Position numbers and translations under genes: made by a program
The notes under the pieces: generated by a model
What the model was told of the DNA's origin: nothing
Seen by the model: only the letters and a program-made list of their open reading frames with translations
The model's database searches: none
In this document: positions 45,085 through 56,410 of the stretch, in pieces
Position numbering within the stretch: the first letter of the stretch is position 1
How the letters are laid out: each line of letters opens with the position of its first letter
NCBI GenBank assembly: GCA_041687355.1
Contig: JAWLCD010000011.1
Coordinates: 2,217 to 66,216, forward strand
From: Clostridia bacterium
Lineage (GTDB): Bacteria > Bacillota > Clostridia > Acetivibrionales > UBA4821
Direction: 5' to 3'
DNA length: 64,000 nt

Positions 45085-46470
45085 ATGAAACTTTTTAATA
45101 CCCTTACTAAGGGTAAGGACCAATTTGAACCTATTGAAAACAACATGGTGAGGATGTATTCCTGCGGTCCTACTGTCTACATGTATGCGCACATAGGCAA
45201 CCTTCGCACCTATGTATTTATGGATATTCTGCGGAGAGTGCTTAAGTATAATGGCTACAAGGTAAAACACGTTATGAACATCACTGATGTAGGACACCTA
45301 CTGTCAGATGCCGATGAGGGCGAGGACAAAATGGTCAAATCTGCCAGAGAGCAGAAAAAAAGTCCGTGGGAGATAGCAGAATACTTTACAGAAGCATTCT
45401 TTGAAGATGTTGAACAGCTGAATATTGAAAAGCCGGAGGTCATATGCAAGGCTACCGAACACATAGACGAGATGCTGGAGTTTGTTCAGGGCCTTGTTGA
45501 GAAAGGGTACGGTTATGAGATAGGAGACGGCATATACTATGATGTTTCAAAGTTCAAAGAATATGGAAAACTTTCGGGGATATCGCTGGAAGAGCAGATG
45601 GCAGGTGCAAGGGTTGAGGTAAATGATGAGAAAAGGCATCCTGCAGATTTTGCCCTTTGGAAAAAAGCCACAAAAGAACATATAATGCAGTGGGATAGTC
45701 CATGGGGGCCTGGATATCCGGGCTGGCACATCGAGTGCTCAGCAATGGGAAAGAAGTATCTGGGATACAGGTTTGATATACACACCGGTGGGGTTGACCA
45801 TATTCCTATCCATCATGAGAATGAGATTGCACAGTCGTGTGGACTGCTGGGTGCACAGCCGGTAAATTTCTGGGTTCACGGTGAGTTCCTGCTTGTGGAT
45901 GGTGGAAAGATGTCCAAAAGCCTGGGGAATACCTATACCATAAGAGACCTAAAAGAAAAGGGCTTTGAGCCTATGGCCTATAGATTTTTCTGCTATAATG
46001 CCCATTACAGGAGTAAGCTGAATTTTACCTGGGATGGATTAAAGAGTGCACAGGCTTCCCTGGAAAAACTCAGAGAAGGTGTTCTGGCACACTCTAAAGG
46101 CGAGAGTGAAATAGGGCAAGAAGAAATTGACCTGCTGAAGGAGGAGTTTTTGGAAGCCGTAAATGATGACCTGAATATCCCGCGCGCCATGGTTGTGGTT
46201 TGGAAGATAGTCAAAGACCCTAGAAAATCAATGCAGTTCCGGGATTTGCTGTATGACTTTGACAGAGTCCTGGGACTGAGACTAGATAAGGTAACTGAGA
46301 AGAAAGAAGAGGAATTCGGGCCGGAGATTATGCAGCTGGTTGAACAGCGTCAGCAGGCACGAGCCAATAAGGACTGGAAGACGGCGGACCAGCTCAGGGA
46401 TAGGCTGAAATCTATGGGTATAGTTGTTGAAGATACCCCTGAAGGCCCCAAGATTAAAAGGGAAGAATAG
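45085..46470 (+). CDS. cysS: Cysteinyl-tRNA synthetase
   Basis: 461 aa with a HIGH variant (YAHIGNLR), KMSKS and zinc-binding Cys/His contexts. Confidence 0.96.
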   Translation: MKLFNTLTKGKDQFEPIENNMVRMYSCGPTVYMYAHIGNLRTYVFMDILRRVLKYNGYKVKHVMNITDVGHLLSDADEGEDKMVKSAREQKKSPWEIAEYFTEAFFEDVEQLNIEKPEVICKATEHIDEMLEFVQGLVEKGYGYEIGDGIYYDVSKFKEYGKLSGISLEEQMAGARVEVNDEKRHPADFALWKKATKEHIMQWDSPWGPGYPGWHIECSAMGKKYLGYRFDIHTGGVDHIPIHHENEIAQSCGLLGAQPVNFWVHGEFLLVDGGKMSKSLGNTYTIRDLKEKGFEPMAYRFFCYNAHYRSKLNFTWDGLKSAQASLEKLREGVLAHSKGESEIGQEEIDLLKEEFLEAVNDDLNIPRAMVVVWKIVKDPRKSMQFRDLLYDFDRVLGLRLDKVTEKKEEEFGPEIMQLVEQRQQARANKDWKTADQLRDRLKSMGIVVEDTPEGPKIKREE

Positions 46471-46551
46471 AGTAAATTAACAAGCATTTGCAATGGGGGG
46501 ATGATTCCAGGACTCATTTCAAAGCGAGTCCCGGAACCAGCCCCCATTAAT

Positions 46552-46581
46552 TTGACACTAAGACCGGACCCATGTTAAAAT
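46552..46581 (+). promoter_or_regulatory. Sigma-A promoter of lysA (extended -10)
   Basis: TTGACA (46552-46557), 18-nt spacer ending in TGT, then TAAAAT (46576-46581). Confidence 0.55.
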
Positions 46582-46611
46582 CTGAGAAAACAATCCGGGG
46601 GGAGTAGATAA

Positions 46612-47925
46612 GTGTTTATTTCAGAAGCATTAAGCGTGAATGATAAGGGGCACCTTACGATAGGAGGCTGTGATTGTGTGGAACTGGCCAAGGAATATCA
46701 AACCCCTTTATATATTTTGGATGAAGAACTTATCCGAAAAACCTGCCGGGAATTTAATACTGCCATTGACAAGTATTATGACGGCAGAGGTCTTGTTCTA
46801 TACGCCTCAAAGGCTTTCTGTTCACTAGCACTTTGCAGAATTGCCGAGCAGGAAGGAATGGGTCTTGACGTAGTGTCGGGAGGAGAACTATACACTGCAA
46901 TTAAGGCGGGATTTCCCTCTGACAAAATATATTTCCACGGGAACAATAAAACCCTTGACGAGCTTAAAATGGCACTGGATTATACAGTCGGAAGAATAGT
47001 GGTAGACAGCTTTGAAGAGCTGGATATCCTGGATAGGATTGCTGCCTCAAAGAACAAGACTGCAGATATATTGTTCAGGGTAAAGCCGGGTATCGATGCA
47101 CATACCCACGAGTTTATCAAAACCGGACAGATTGATTCCAAGTTTGGATTTGCTCTTGAAAACGGAGAGGCTTTTGATGTAGTGCAGAAAGCCTGCACAC
47201 TGACGAATATAAATATAGTGGGGCTGCACTGCCATATTGGGTCACAGATATTTGAAATTGAGCCGTTTGAGGAAGCAGCAAAGGTAATGATGGGTTTCAT
47301 TTCGGACATAAGGGACAAACTGGGACTCAGCATAGATGAACTCAATCTTGGTGGTGGTTTTGGTATAAAATATGTATCCGGTGACAAGCCTCTTGAATTC
47401 GGTAGGCATATTGAAGCTATTGCCTCAGTTGTTAAATCCACTGCGAAGGAGAAAAACCTTAAAATACCGAAGCTGATAATAGAACCCGGGAGGGCTGTTA
47501 CCGCACCGGCAGGAATAACACTCTATACGGTTGGTACCATAAAGGATATTCCCGGTATACGTAAGTATATTTCGGTTGACGGCGGAATGACCGATAACCC
47601 CAGGTACGCTCTCTATCAGGCCGAATATGAAGCTGTAATTGCAAACAGGACTCTTGATCCAAGGGTTGAGAAGGTAACTATTGCGGGTAAGTGCTGTGAA
47701 TCAGGTGATATAATTGCCAGGGATGTGGATATGCCGCCGGTGAATGCCGGAGACTATCTTGCAGTTCTGGTAACCGGGGCATATAATTATTCCATGTCCA
47801 GCAATTACAACAGGATACCCAGACCGGCCGCAATATTGGTCAGGGAGGGAAGGTCAAGGGTAATTGTTAAAAGAGAGGACTATAATGACCTGTTAAGGAA
47901 TGATATTTTACCTGAAGATATCTAG
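46612..47925 (+). CDS. lysA: Diaminopimelate decarboxylase
   Basis: 437 aa starting at GTG, with a PLP-lysine context (YASKAF), HCHIGSQ, and CESGD in the C-terminal beta domain. Confidence 0.95.
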   Translation: MFISEALSVNDKGHLTIGGCDCVELAKEYQTPLYILDEELIRKTCREFNTAIDKYYDGRGLVLYASKAFCSLALCRIAEQEGMGLDVVSGGELYTAIKAGFPSDKIYFHGNNKTLDELKMALDYTVGRIVVDSFEELDILDRIAASKNKTADILFRVKPGIDAHTHEFIKTGQIDSKFGFALENGEAFDVVQKACTLTNINIVGLHCHIGSQIFEIEPFEEAAKVMMGFISDIRDKLGLSIDELNLGGGFGIKYVSGDKPLEFGRHIEAIASVVKSTAKEKNLKIPKLIIEPGRAVTAPAGITLYTVGTIKDIPGIRKYISVDGGMTDNPRYALYQAEYEAVIANRTLDPRVEKVTIAGKCCESGDIIARDVDMPPVNAGDYLAVLVTGAYNYSMSSNYNRIPRPAAILVREGRSRVIVKREDYNDLLRNDILPEDI

Positions 47926-47932
47926 GAGACAG

Positions 47933-47991
47933 TGAGACAGGGGACGGTTCTCTGACTCACGAAATGAGTCAGAGAACCGTCCCCTGTCTCA
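47933..47991. repeat. Perfect 27-bp-stem palindrome after lysA, containing the GACAGGGGACGGTTCTCTG repeat in both arms (probable terminator)
   Basis: TGAGACAGGGGACGGTTCTCTGACTCA-CGAAA-TGAGTCAGAGAACCGTCCCCTGTCTCA. Confidence 0.8.
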
Positions 47992-48011
47992 TTTAAGAAA
48001 TGGAGGGGAGT

Positions 48012-48872
48012 ATGAAGTCGAAGTCAATTAGCATAGAGGCTCCAGCCAAAATAAACCTTTTTCTAGATGTGCTGAGGAAAAGGTCTGACGGATATCATGA
48101 TCTAAAGATGGTTATGCAGACCGTAAGCCTGTATGACACTGTACACTTATTCAGAACCGGTGCCGGTATTGAGGTAACATGCCAGTGCCCAGGGGTTCCG
48201 GACGGAGAAGGGAATATAGCGTTTAAGGCAGCGAGATTGATGTTTGACCATTTCAGACTGACAGAGGGAATCAGAATCACAATTAAAAAAAGAATCCCTG
48301 CTGCCGCCGGGCTTGCAGGAGGAAGTGCCGATGCAGCAGCAGTTATGAAAGGTATAAACAGGCTTTTTGACCTTGAACTGGACGTCCGGACTCTTGCACA
48401 GATGGGTAAAGAAATCGGAGCTGATGTGCCTTTTTGTATAATGGGAGGTACATATACTTCTGAGGGAATAGGAGAGATTCTGACACCGCTGGAGTCCTTC
48501 CTGCAAGTGCCTGTTGTATTGGTGAAGCCGGATTTCAGTGTGTCCACTGCATATGTTTTCTCAAAGTACGGAAACAGCAATTGTACATACAGTAAAAATA
48601 TTATCAGGCTTCAAGATGCAGTTCAAAGACATGATATCAGAGAGGTTGGGTCAAGTCTCTTTAATGCATTGGAGCAGGTAACTGCCGAAGAATTCACGGA
48701 TATAGGGGAAATAAAAACCGTCCTTAATGAAAAGGGTGCTGCAGGAAGTCTGATGTCAGGAAGCGGACCGTCAGTATTCGGGCTGTTTGAGGACGAAGAA
48801 ACTGCACAAAGTGCTTTTGATATTTTAAAGAATATGTATAAGGATACCTACCTGCTGCAAACCTGCCGGTAG
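48012..48872 (+). CDS. ispE: 4-diphosphocytidyl-2-C-methyl-D-erythritol kinase
   Basis: Has APAKINLFLDV at the N-terminus and the GHMP kinase motif PAAAGLAGGSADAAA. I chose the start at MKSK because of the GGAGGGGA RBS. Confidence 0.92.
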   Translation: MKSKSISIEAPAKINLFLDVLRKRSDGYHDLKMVMQTVSLYDTVHLFRTGAGIEVTCQCPGVPDGEGNIAFKAARLMFDHFRLTEGIRITIKKRIPAAAGLAGGSADAAAVMKGINRLFDLELDVRTLAQMGKEIGADVPFCIMGGTYTSEGIGEILTPLESFLQVPVVLVKPDFSVSTAYVFSKYGNSNCTYSKNIIRLQDAVQRHDIREVGSSLFNALEQVTAEEFTDIGEIKTVLNEKGAAGSLMSGSGPSVFGLFEDEETAQSAFDILKNMYKDTYLLQTCR

Positions 48873-48893
48873 AAGAAGTGTAAAGTATTCTTT

Positions 48894-48949
48894 AAAGCGG
48901 TAATAAGTCTGGACTGGCAACCATGTCAGTCCAGACTTATTACCGCTTT
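48894..48949 (+). terminator. Long hairpin terminator after ispE
   Basis: AAAGCGGTAATAAGTCTGGACTG ... CAGTCCAGACTTATTACCGCTTT. Confidence 0.75.
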
Positions 48950-48997
48950 CATATGCGGATAATACCCAGCATACAATATTTGTACGGGGGGATATAT

Positions 48998-50005
48998 ATG
49001 AATATTTCTGAAGCACAGCAGGCAGCAGAGCAGTTTGGAATAACAGGAAGATTATATTTAGTCAAGGATATGGCGAGAATAGAAACCATAGATGGAGTAA
49101 AGATTATCAGAAAAGTTAACTATGGTATTGAACGACTAATGTTTGTACACGAGGTCAAGGAGCATCTGGTCAGCAGAGGATTCCGCTTTGTAGACCGCTT
49201 TCATCGAGCTTGTGGGGGATGCCCCTATGCAGCGTTAAATAATGATATATATGTAATGAATGATTGCATAAACGGTAAGGAGTGCGATTTTGACAACATG
49301 ACACACATAAGGTGTGCAGTGGAAACCTTGGCGAGGTTTCACAGCTGTTCAACCGGATATACACCGTCGGATCGGGTAAAGGTAAGGAATGAGCTCGGAA
49401 AACTTCCGGCAGTATTAAAAAAACGGAGTGATGAACTGCTTAAATTAAAGAAAATTGCAAAGAAGGGAAAAAACAGATTTGACTATCTCTACATGAATAA
49501 CGTTGACTTCTTTATCGAGAGAAGCCTGAGTTCACTAAGAATTATAAATTCGCCTTCTTACAGTAGACTTGTTGAGATTGCTGAAAAGGACAGGGGAATA
49601 TGCCATAGGGATTATTCATATCATAATCTGATATTTGACAGAGAGGGGAACCTCCATATACATAATTTTGATTACTGCTGTTTTGAGATAAGGGTGTATG
49701 ATCTTGTTAGTTTCTTAAGAAAAATCATGAGTGAATGTAACTGGAATGTTGATGTTGCAATGAATGTTGTTAACTGGTATGATACAGTCAATAAACTGAG
49801 CAAGGATGAATTAAGGATTATTGCAGCCTTGATGGAGTATCCCCAGAGATTCTGGAGAATTGCGAACAGGTATTATAACAGCAGGAGAACCCGTCCGGAG
49901 ACAGGGTTCTACAATAAGCTTTCAGATGCTGTATCGGAGAAGGAGTTTTATAAAGAGTATATTAAGAAGTTTAAAGAGAACATTGCTCCGGAGATTTGTG
50001 AGTAA
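48998..50005 (+). CDS. CotS-family spore-coat kinase-like protein
   Basis: 335 aa with the aminoglycoside-phosphotransferase/CotS catalytic loop ICHRDYSYHNLIF and a downstream HNFDYC motif. Confidence 0.7.
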   Translation: MNISEAQQAAEQFGITGRLYLVKDMARIETIDGVKIIRKVNYGIERLMFVHEVKEHLVSRGFRFVDRFHRACGGCPYAALNNDIYVMNDCINGKECDFDNMTHIRCAVETLARFHSCSTGYTPSDRVKVRNELGKLPAVLKKRSDELLKLKKIAKKGKNRFDYLYMNNVDFFIERSLSSLRIINSPSYSRLVEIAEKDRGICHRDYSYHNLIFDREGNLHIHNFDYCCFEIRVYDLVSFLRKIMSECNWNVDVAMNVVNWYDTVNKLSKDELRIIAALMEYPQRFWRIANRYYNSRRTRPETGFYNKLSDAVSEKEFYKEYIKKFKENIAPEICE

Positions 50006-50061
50006 ACAAGACTACTGTGGTTCTATGGCTAACTTTCCGATTTATACTGGAGGGAAATAAT

Positions 50062-51165
50062 ATGGACAACCTGCTGAAAACACCTTTGTATGAACTGCAT
50101 AAGATGCAGGGAGCTAGAATAATAGATTTTGCAGGGTGGGCCCTGCCGGTTCAGTTCTCGGGTATTATTGAAGAACATCTGATGGTTAGGACCGGAGCAG
50201 GGCTATTTGATGTTTCCCACATGGGGGAAATAGTAGTAACGGGGAAAGGGGCAGTGAGACTTCTTGATTATCTCCTGGCAAATGAAATTTCTTCGCTGGA
50301 GAATGGAATTATCAGATACTCTCATATTTGCAACCCCAATGGGGGTGTGGTAGATGATATTCTGGTATACAGGCTTGGTATTGAAGAATTCCTACTGGTG
50401 GTTAATGCCTCGAATATTGGAAAAGACCTTAGCTGGATAAAGTCTTATGCATACGGAGACGTGGAAGTTGAAGATGTGTCCGGAACAACTGCACAGCTGG
50501 CTGTACAGGGACCATTTGCAGAGGGGGTTATACAAAAGCTTATTTCGGATAAGATAGCCGGTATGAAGTACTATTCCTTCCAGCGTGATGTTCATATTGG
50601 TAGGCATAGGTGTATCCTTTCCAGGACAGGCTATACCGGTGAAGACGGTTTTGAAATATACTGTTCCCAGGATGAGGCATCTGATTTGTGGAATTTGCTG
50701 ATGGACGCCGGAGAAGAGTATAATCTAAGACCTGCTGGATTGGGTGCAAGAGATACCTTGAGGTTTGAAGCATGCCTGCCTCTTTACGGGCACGAGCTGT
50801 CTGAAGATATTACGCCGCTGGAAGCGGGGCTTGGGCGTTTTGTGAAAATGGACAAAAGAGATTTTATTGGAAGGGCTGCTCTAAAAAAGCAGGCCGAGGA
50901 AGGTTTGAAGCGGAGGTTGGCCGGTCTTGAAATGATGGATAGGGGAATACCGAGAACCGAATATGGTGTATTCCATAAAGGGAGTCCAGTGGGATTTGTA
51001 ACAACAGGTTCATACTGTCCTGCACTTCAGAAGAATCTTGCACTGGCCATAATTGATATAAACAGCTCCGAAATTGGACAAGTGGTTGAGGTGGACATAC
51101 GAGGCAGAAAGCTAGAAGCAAAGGTAGTTGATACCCCGTTTTACAGGAGGAGTGTCAAAACCTGA
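50062..51165 (+). CDS. gcvT: Glycine cleavage system aminomethyltransferase T
   Basis: 367 aa with TPLYELH, FDVSHMG and SRTGYTGEDGFE. Confidence 0.95.
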   Translation: MDNLLKTPLYELHKMQGARIIDFAGWALPVQFSGIIEEHLMVRTGAGLFDVSHMGEIVVTGKGAVRLLDYLLANEISSLENGIIRYSHICNPNGGVVDDILVYRLGIEEFLLVVNASNIGKDLSWIKSYAYGDVEVEDVSGTTAQLAVQGPFAEGVIQKLISDKIAGMKYYSFQRDVHIGRHRCILSRTGYTGEDGFEIYCSQDEASDLWNLLMDAGEEYNLRPAGLGARDTLRFEACLPLYGHELSEDITPLEAGLGRFVKMDKRDFIGRAALKKQAEEGLKRRLAGLEMMDRGIPRTEYGVFHKGSPVGFVTTGSYCPALQKNLALAIIDINSSEIGQVVEVDIRGRKLEAKVVDTPFYRRSVKT

Positions 51166-51190
51166 AATAGATATGGGAGGGGAAAGTGTT

Positions 51191-51577
51191 ATGAACATTC
51201 CAGCAGAACTGAGGTATACACAGAAGCATGAATGGGTAAGGATAGAAGGCAGCAAGGCATATATAGGCATAACCGATTTTGCACAGCATTCTTTAGGTGA
51301 TATTGTCTTTGTGGAGCTGCCTGAGGAAGGCATGATTCTAAAAGCCGGGGATTCACTTGGGGTGGTTGAATCAGTAAAAGCGGTGTCGGATGTATACTGC
51401 CCACTCAGTGGAACGGTTGGTGAGGTAAACCGGGCGCTGATTGATTATCCTGAAAAAATAAATCAAGCTCCGTATGAAAACTGGATGGCAGTAATTGAAG
51501 TTACTGACCCGGGTGAGGTTGATAAGCTCCTTACTCCGGAGCAGTATGAAGAAACGGTAAAGAATGAATCTCAGTAA
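51191..51577 (+). CDS. gcvH: Glycine cleavage system H protein
   Basis: 128 aa with the lipoyl-lysine context VESVKAVSDVY. Confidence 0.93.
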   Translation: MNIPAELRYTQKHEWVRIEGSKAYIGITDFAQHSLGDIVFVELPEEGMILKAGDSLGVVESVKAVSDVYCPLSGTVGEVNRALIDYPEKINQAPYENWMAVIEVTDPGEVDKLLTPEQYEETVKNESQ

Positions 51578-51614
51578 ATAGATAGACTAAATCGAAGAAT
51601 AAAAGGAGGCTGAC

Positions 51615-52955
51615 ATGCACCCTTATATTCCTATTACTGAAGTGGATAGAGAGGAAATGCTGGCTTCAATAGGAGCCGGGTCCATAGAGGAATTATTTGA
51701 GGATATTCCTGAAGTTATAAGACTGGGTAGAAAGCTTGAGCTCCCGGATAGAAAGCCCGAGATGGAGTTAAGAAACTATTTCAGGGAGTTAAGCATGAAG
51801 AACGGGTCAGACTATCTGTGTTTCAGGGGTGCAGGCGCATACCGGCATTATATACCCTCAATAATTGGGCATATTGTGTCAAGGTCGGAATTCTATACGG
51901 CATATACTCCCTACCAGCCCGAAGTAAGCCAGGGTATTTTGCAGGCCATATTTGAATATCAGACCATGATATGCGAGCTAACGGGCATGGATGTATCGAA
52001 TGCCTCGGTATATGACGGAGCGACTGCTGCAGCTGAGGCAGTTTTTATGGCTGCTGACATAACCGGTCGCAGCAAGGTTCTTCTTCCTTTATCGGTAAGC
52101 CCTGATGTTAGAAGGGTCATAAGTACTTATTGTAAGGCTTCGGGCATTGAAGTTGTTGAAGCGGCCTATTCCCAAGGGTTAACTGACATAAATGACCTTA
52201 AATCAAAACTCGATTCCGAAACGGCAGCAGTGGTAGTTCAGAGTCCAAATTTCTTCGGATGCATCGAACCATGCCGGGAGCTCTTTGAGTCTGTCCACGC
52301 GTCTGGTGCGGCTGCCGTTATGCATGCAGATCCAATATCACTTGGAATGCTTGAATCTCCAGCCGAACTGGGGGCAGATATTGCAGTCGGGGATGGACAA
52401 CCTTTAGGAAACCCTCTGAACTTCGGAGGGCCATACCTAGGATTCATGGCTGTAAGAGAAAAGCATATGAGGAGACTCCCGGGCAGAATTGTGGGAGAGA
52501 CTGTGGACAGGCACGCAAACAGAGGTTTTGTGCTGACTCTTCAGGCAAGAGAGCAGCATATCAGGCGTGAAAAAGCATCGTCAAATATCTGCACCAATCA
52601 GGCACTTAATGCCCTTACCGCTGCTGTGTATCTAAGCATTATGGGTAGCAAAGGACTGAAAAAGGTTGCAGAGCTCTGTATGCAAAAATCCTACTATGCC
52701 GCGCAAGTGATTGCCGGCATAAGTAAATACAGTCTTGCTTTTGGTAGTCCTTTCTTCAGAGAGTTTGTGGTGAAATCGAGTTCAAAAGCTGGAGACATAA
52801 ACTTAAAGCTGATGGAGCAAAACATTATTGGAGGATATGAGTTGGAGAATGACTATCCTGAACTGAAGAACCATATGCTTTTTTGCGTAACCGAGATAAT
52901 ATCAAAGAAGGATATAGATAATCTGGTAAACATACTTGGCCGGAGAGGGAGGTGA
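51615..52955 (+). CDS. gcvPA: Glycine dehydrogenase (decarboxylating) subunit 1
   Basis: 446 aa of the split P-protein N-terminal subunit type ([20 protein letters not shown]). Confidence 0.95.
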   Translation: MHPYIPITEVDREEMLASIGAGSIEELFEDIPEVIRLGRKLELPDRKPEMELRNYFRELSMKNGSDYLCFRGAGAYRHYIPSIIGHIVSRSEFYTAYTPYQPEVSQGILQAIFEYQTMICELTGMDVSNASVYDGATAAAEAVFMAADITGRSKVLLPLSVSPDVRRVISTYCKASGIEVVEAAYSQGLTDINDLKSKLDSETAAVVVQSPNFFGCIEPCRELFESVHASGAAAVMHADPISLGMLESPAELGADIAVGDGQPLGNPLNFGGPYLGFMAVREKHMRRLPGRIVGETVDRHANRGFVLTLQAREQHIRREKASSNICTNQALNALTAAVYLSIMGSKGLKKVAELCMQKSYYAAQVIAGISKYSLAFGSPFFREFVVKSSSKAGDINLKLMEQNIIGGYELENDYPELKNHMLFCVTEIISKKDIDNLVNILGRRGR

Positions 52956-52965
52956 GGTTATCCGT

Positions 52966-54414
52966 ATGGAGAGAATTGAATTGATATTTGATAGAAGCAG
53001 AGAGGGAAAACAAGGAGTTGTACTACCTGGCAGCGATGTTCCTGAACAAGCTCTGAGGATACCTGATGAATATATGCGCCGGGAAGAGCCGCTTCTACCT
53101 GAGGTGAGTGAAACTGATGTAGTCAGGCATTTTACCGCTCTGTCAAGAAAGAACCATGGAGTGGATACGGGTTTTTATCCACTCGGTTCATGTACAATGA
53201 AATACAACCCCAAAATCAATGAGGATATTGCCCAGCTCGACGGCTTTACCGGACTACATCCATGCAGCCCGGAAGAGTTATCACAGGGAAGCCTGGAAGT
53301 ATTATACAACATGGACAAGTTTCTGGTTGAGATAACCGGTATGGATAGGATGTCTCTCCAGCCTGCTGCTGGAGCACATGGAGAATTAACCGGCGCAATG
53401 ATAATCAAAGCGTACCATGAGTCTAGAGGGGATTATAAGAGAGATAAAATAATCATACCTGATTCTGCTCACGGTACAAATCCTGCAACGGCTTCCATGC
53501 TGGGATATAAGGTGATAGAGGTCAGATCAGATTCCCGGGGAGGTATAGATTTGCAGCACCTCAAGGAAATTGCAGGCCAGGATACGGCTGGGCTTATGCT
53601 TACCAATCCAAATACCCTGGGGCTGTTTGATGAAAATATTATTGAGATATGTAGAATAGTTCATGATGCCGGAGGCCTTCTTTACTATGACGGGGCAAAT
53701 CTTAACGCTGTAATGGGTATATCTAGACCTGGAGATATGGGGTTTGATATAGTTCATCTTAATCTTCATAAGACATTCTCAACCCCTCATGGGGGAGGGG
53801 GCCCCGGAAGTGGTCCTGTAGGCGTGAAGAAAAAGCTGGAACCCTTTTTGCCGGTTCCGCTTATTGAAAAAAGAAACAGCAGATATTTCTTCGACTATGA
53901 CAGGCCTCAATCCATTGGGAAGGTAAAGATGTTCTACGGGAACTTTCAGGTAATCCTTAAAGCATATGCCTATATACTTGCAATGGGAGCCGAGGGACTA
54001 AAGAAGGCAAGCGAGACGGCAGTGCTTAATGCCAACTATATTATGAGAAAGCTGGAGGATAAATATAACCTTCCGTATAACAGAAACTGTAAGCATGAAT
54101 TTGTGCTTTCAGGACTGAAGGATAAAAAAGATGGTATAACAACCATGGATGTTGCAAAAAGGCTGCTGGATTGGGGAATTCACCCTCCAACAGTTTATTT
54201 TCCTCTGATTGTAAAGGATGCACTGATGATTGAACCTACTGAAACTGAGAGCAAGGAAACCCTGGATAGGTTTGTTGAAATTATGAAGGGGATAGCAAAA
54301 GAAGCAGTTGAGAGTGATCAACTACTTAGAGAAGCGCCCCATATTACTCCTGTAAGAAGATTAGACGAGGTACAGGCAGCCCGAAAACCGATACTCAGAT
54401 GGAAAGCCGATTGA
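52966..54414 (+). CDS. gcvPB: Glycine dehydrogenase (decarboxylating) subunit 2
   Basis: 482 aa from the ATG preceded by GGGAGGTGAGG, with PLP-lysine context [17 protein letters not shown]. Confidence 0.95.
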   Translation: MERIELIFDRSREGKQGVVLPGSDVPEQALRIPDEYMRREEPLLPEVSETDVVRHFTALSRKNHGVDTGFYPLGSCTMKYNPKINEDIAQLDGFTGLHPCSPEELSQGSLEVLYNMDKFLVEITGMDRMSLQPAAGAHGELTGAMIIKAYHESRGDYKRDKIIIPDSAHGTNPATASMLGYKVIEVRSDSRGGIDLQHLKEIAGQDTAGLMLTNPNTLGLFDENIIEICRIVHDAGGLLYYDGANLNAVMGISRPGDMGFDIVHLNLHKTFSTPHGGGGPGSGPVGVKKKLEPFLPVPLIEKRNSRYFFDYDRPQSIGKVKMFYGNFQVILKAYAYILAMGAEGLKKASETAVLNANYIMRKLEDKYNLPYNRNCKHEFVLSGLKDKKDGITTMDVAKRLLDWGIHPPTVYFPLIVKDALMIEPTETESKETLDRFVEIMKGIAKEAVESDQLLREAPHITPVRRLDEVQAARKPILRWKAD

Positions 54415-54417
54415 CGC

Positions 54418-54456
54418 AAGGACTCCTGCCTCAGGTAGACAGGAGTCCTTTTTTTA
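54418..54456. terminator. Bidirectional terminator between gcvPB and the convergent MCP gene
   Basis: AAGGACTCCTG...CAGGAGTCCTT followed by T7. Confidence 0.85.
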
Positions 54457-56241
54457 TTCAACCTTAAATTTCTTGACCAATTCAGTCAGCTCGGATGCCA
54501 GGAAAGCAAGTTCCTGGGCAGTTGCAGACATTTCCTGTATGGATGCGGTTTGTTCCTCTGTTCCAGCTGATATTTCCTGTATGGATGCGGAAGACTGCTG
54601 AGAAATTGCAGCAACATTTTGTACTGCGTTAACTACCTGCTCAGCGTGTGACAGCTGGGTCTGTGCCGACTGTGAAATCTGGGTTGTAGTTTGAGAAGTT
54701 TCTTTGATAGCAGAATTAATATCTTCAAAGGTCCTATACAGGTTATTTATGATTTCCTTACCTTCCAAAACTTCTTTGGAGCCAACTTCGATAGATTTGA
54801 CCGAACGTATAGTCTCGTCCTGAATTCCCCTGATAAGCACTTCGATTTCTTTTGCAGCCCTGGTACTTTCTTCTGCCAGCTTACGAACTTCTTCAGCTAC
54901 TATGGCAAACCCTTTTCCCGATTCCCCTGCCCTTGCTGCCTCAATCGCAGCATTCAAAGCGAGAAGATTGGTCTGGTCTGCGATGGTTGTAATGGTGGAA
55001 ATAATATCTCCAACATGCTGTGATTTCTTACCCAGTGCACGTATTACCTCGGTCGTGTCGGTGATAGTGCTGGTTATATTGTTCATCTTCTCAACCGCTG
55101 CTACGGCAGCAGCAGCACCTACCTGGGAGCGGTCTATAGCCTGGTTGGATGCATTCACAGCAGATTGGGCATTCAAATATACCTGGTTGGCCAGAGCAGC
55201 AACCTGTTCTATCAATTTAGAAGTTTCATCAATACGTTCTGTCTGGGATGCAGCACCTGAAGAGACTTCCTGTATGGATGATGCTATTTCCTGGGATGAT
55301 ACATTAACTTGCTGGGCACTGGCAGACAGAATCTGTGAGAACGAAGATACCTTGTGAGATGAAGTGGCTATTCCTTTTATAATGTCCCTCAGGCTAACAA
55401 TTATATGATTCATGCTGTCAATTAGTTTTCTTATATCACTAGCAGTTTTCTGACGTATATTTATGGTCCTGCTCAAATCTCCTGTCGCTACACCACTTGA
55501 TACATTTACAAGGTCAGGAATAGGGTGAGTAATTGAATTGCCTATATACAGAGCTGCAATCAGGTTAAGGATTGACAGTATTATGGTTGCTGTGATTACC
55601 GCAAGAATTACTATGTGTGTAATTTGCTTTTCCATTCCCTTGGCGTTTGCTGCAAATTCATTATCTACATCATGTGAAGCATTAATCAGTATGCTTATTT
55701 CCTTATCAATTTCTTCAGATAGCTCGGAATCTACGTTGTTTTTTTCAAACGCAACAAGTTTTTCGAAGAGCTCTGCCTTTTTAAGATTGCGGTCCAATGC
55801 AACCTTAGAATGGTCAGCGAGAGCTTTGACAGAGTCTCCTTTTGCCAGTTTAAAGAAATCTATGGTAAACTGTACATTTCTGGCATCATCAATGTTGAAG
55901 CCAAATTTACTCAGGTTTAAATCAACCAGACTTTCGAGGCTGCTGTAGGACTTATTGGAGAACTTCTCAAATAGAGTTCCTAAAATAGTCAGTGAATCAA
56001 TGCACTCGTTGAACCGTTTAAAATCTTCCACATCCTCGGAGGAGACATAACTCTTATAATAGATATCACACATACTCTCAAATTCATTGAAGGTTGACTC
56101 AGCCTTCATCAATGTTGATGTTCCTAAGATAATCTTTTCACCAAACCAGACTAGGGATACTATCATGATTAGTTCAATCACAAAAAGGCATAAAATCAAG
56201 ATTAGTTTACCCTTGATGGTTGATGCAGTAGGTCTTAGCAT
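54454..56241 (-). CDS. Methyl-accepting chemotaxis protein
   Basis: 595 aa with two TM segments around a helical periplasmic region, a HAMP domain and a conserved MA signalling hairpin ([34 protein letters not shown]). Confidence 0.9.
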   Translation of the reverse strand: MLRPTASTIKGKLILILCLFVIELIMIVSLVWFGEKIILGTSTLMKAESTFNEFESMCDIYYKSYVSSEDVEDFKRFNECIDSLTILGTLFEKFSNKSYSSLESLVDLNLSKFGFNIDDARNVQFTIDFFKLAKGDSVKALADHSKVALDRNLKKAELFEKLVAFEKNNVDSELSEEIDKEISILINASHDVDNEFAANAKGMEKQITHIVILAVITATIILSILNLIAALYIGNSITHPIPDLVNVSSGVATGDLSRTINIRQKTASDIRKLIDSMNHIIVSLRDIIKGIATSSHKVSSFSQILSASAQQVNVSSQEIASSIQEVSSGAASQTERIDETSKLIEQVAALANQVYLNAQSAVNASNQAIDRSQVGAAAAVAAVEKMNNITSTITDTTEVIRALGKKSQHVGDIISTITTIADQTNLLALNAAIEAARAGESGKGFAIVAEEVRKLAEESTRAAKEIEVLIRGIQDETIRSVKSIEVGSKEVLEGKEIINNLYRTFEDINSAIKETSQTTTQISQSAQTQLSHAEQVVNAVQNVAAISQQSSASIQEISAGTEEQTASIQEMSATAQELAFLASELTELVKKFKVE

Positions 56242-56350
56242 GGAAGTTTCTCCCCCTTGTTAAATACTTTTGTTTTTCTATTTACTTCGACATTAATTCA
56301 GAAAGTCCTTTAATGGTTAAGATCGGAAGTATTAACTGTTAACTTTATAG

Positions 56351-56376
56351 AAAAATACCAGCTAAAAGCAAGCTGG
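56351..56376 (-). terminator. Rho-independent terminator of copZ
   Basis: On the minus strand: CCAGCT-TGCTTTT-AGCTGG followed by TATTTTT. Confidence 0.7.
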
Positions 56377-56410
56377 TCCAAGATAATATTCTAAAAGGGG
56401 GTGAAAGCTT

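Noticed and set aside
46492-46548. Branched hairpin after cysS (AATGGGGG...CCCCCATT enclosing GGACTC...GAGTCC), considered as a riboswitch for lysA
   Set aside because: The whole cysS-lysA spacer is ~140 nt with no L-box features. The hairpin is most simply a weak terminator or stabiliser for cysS.
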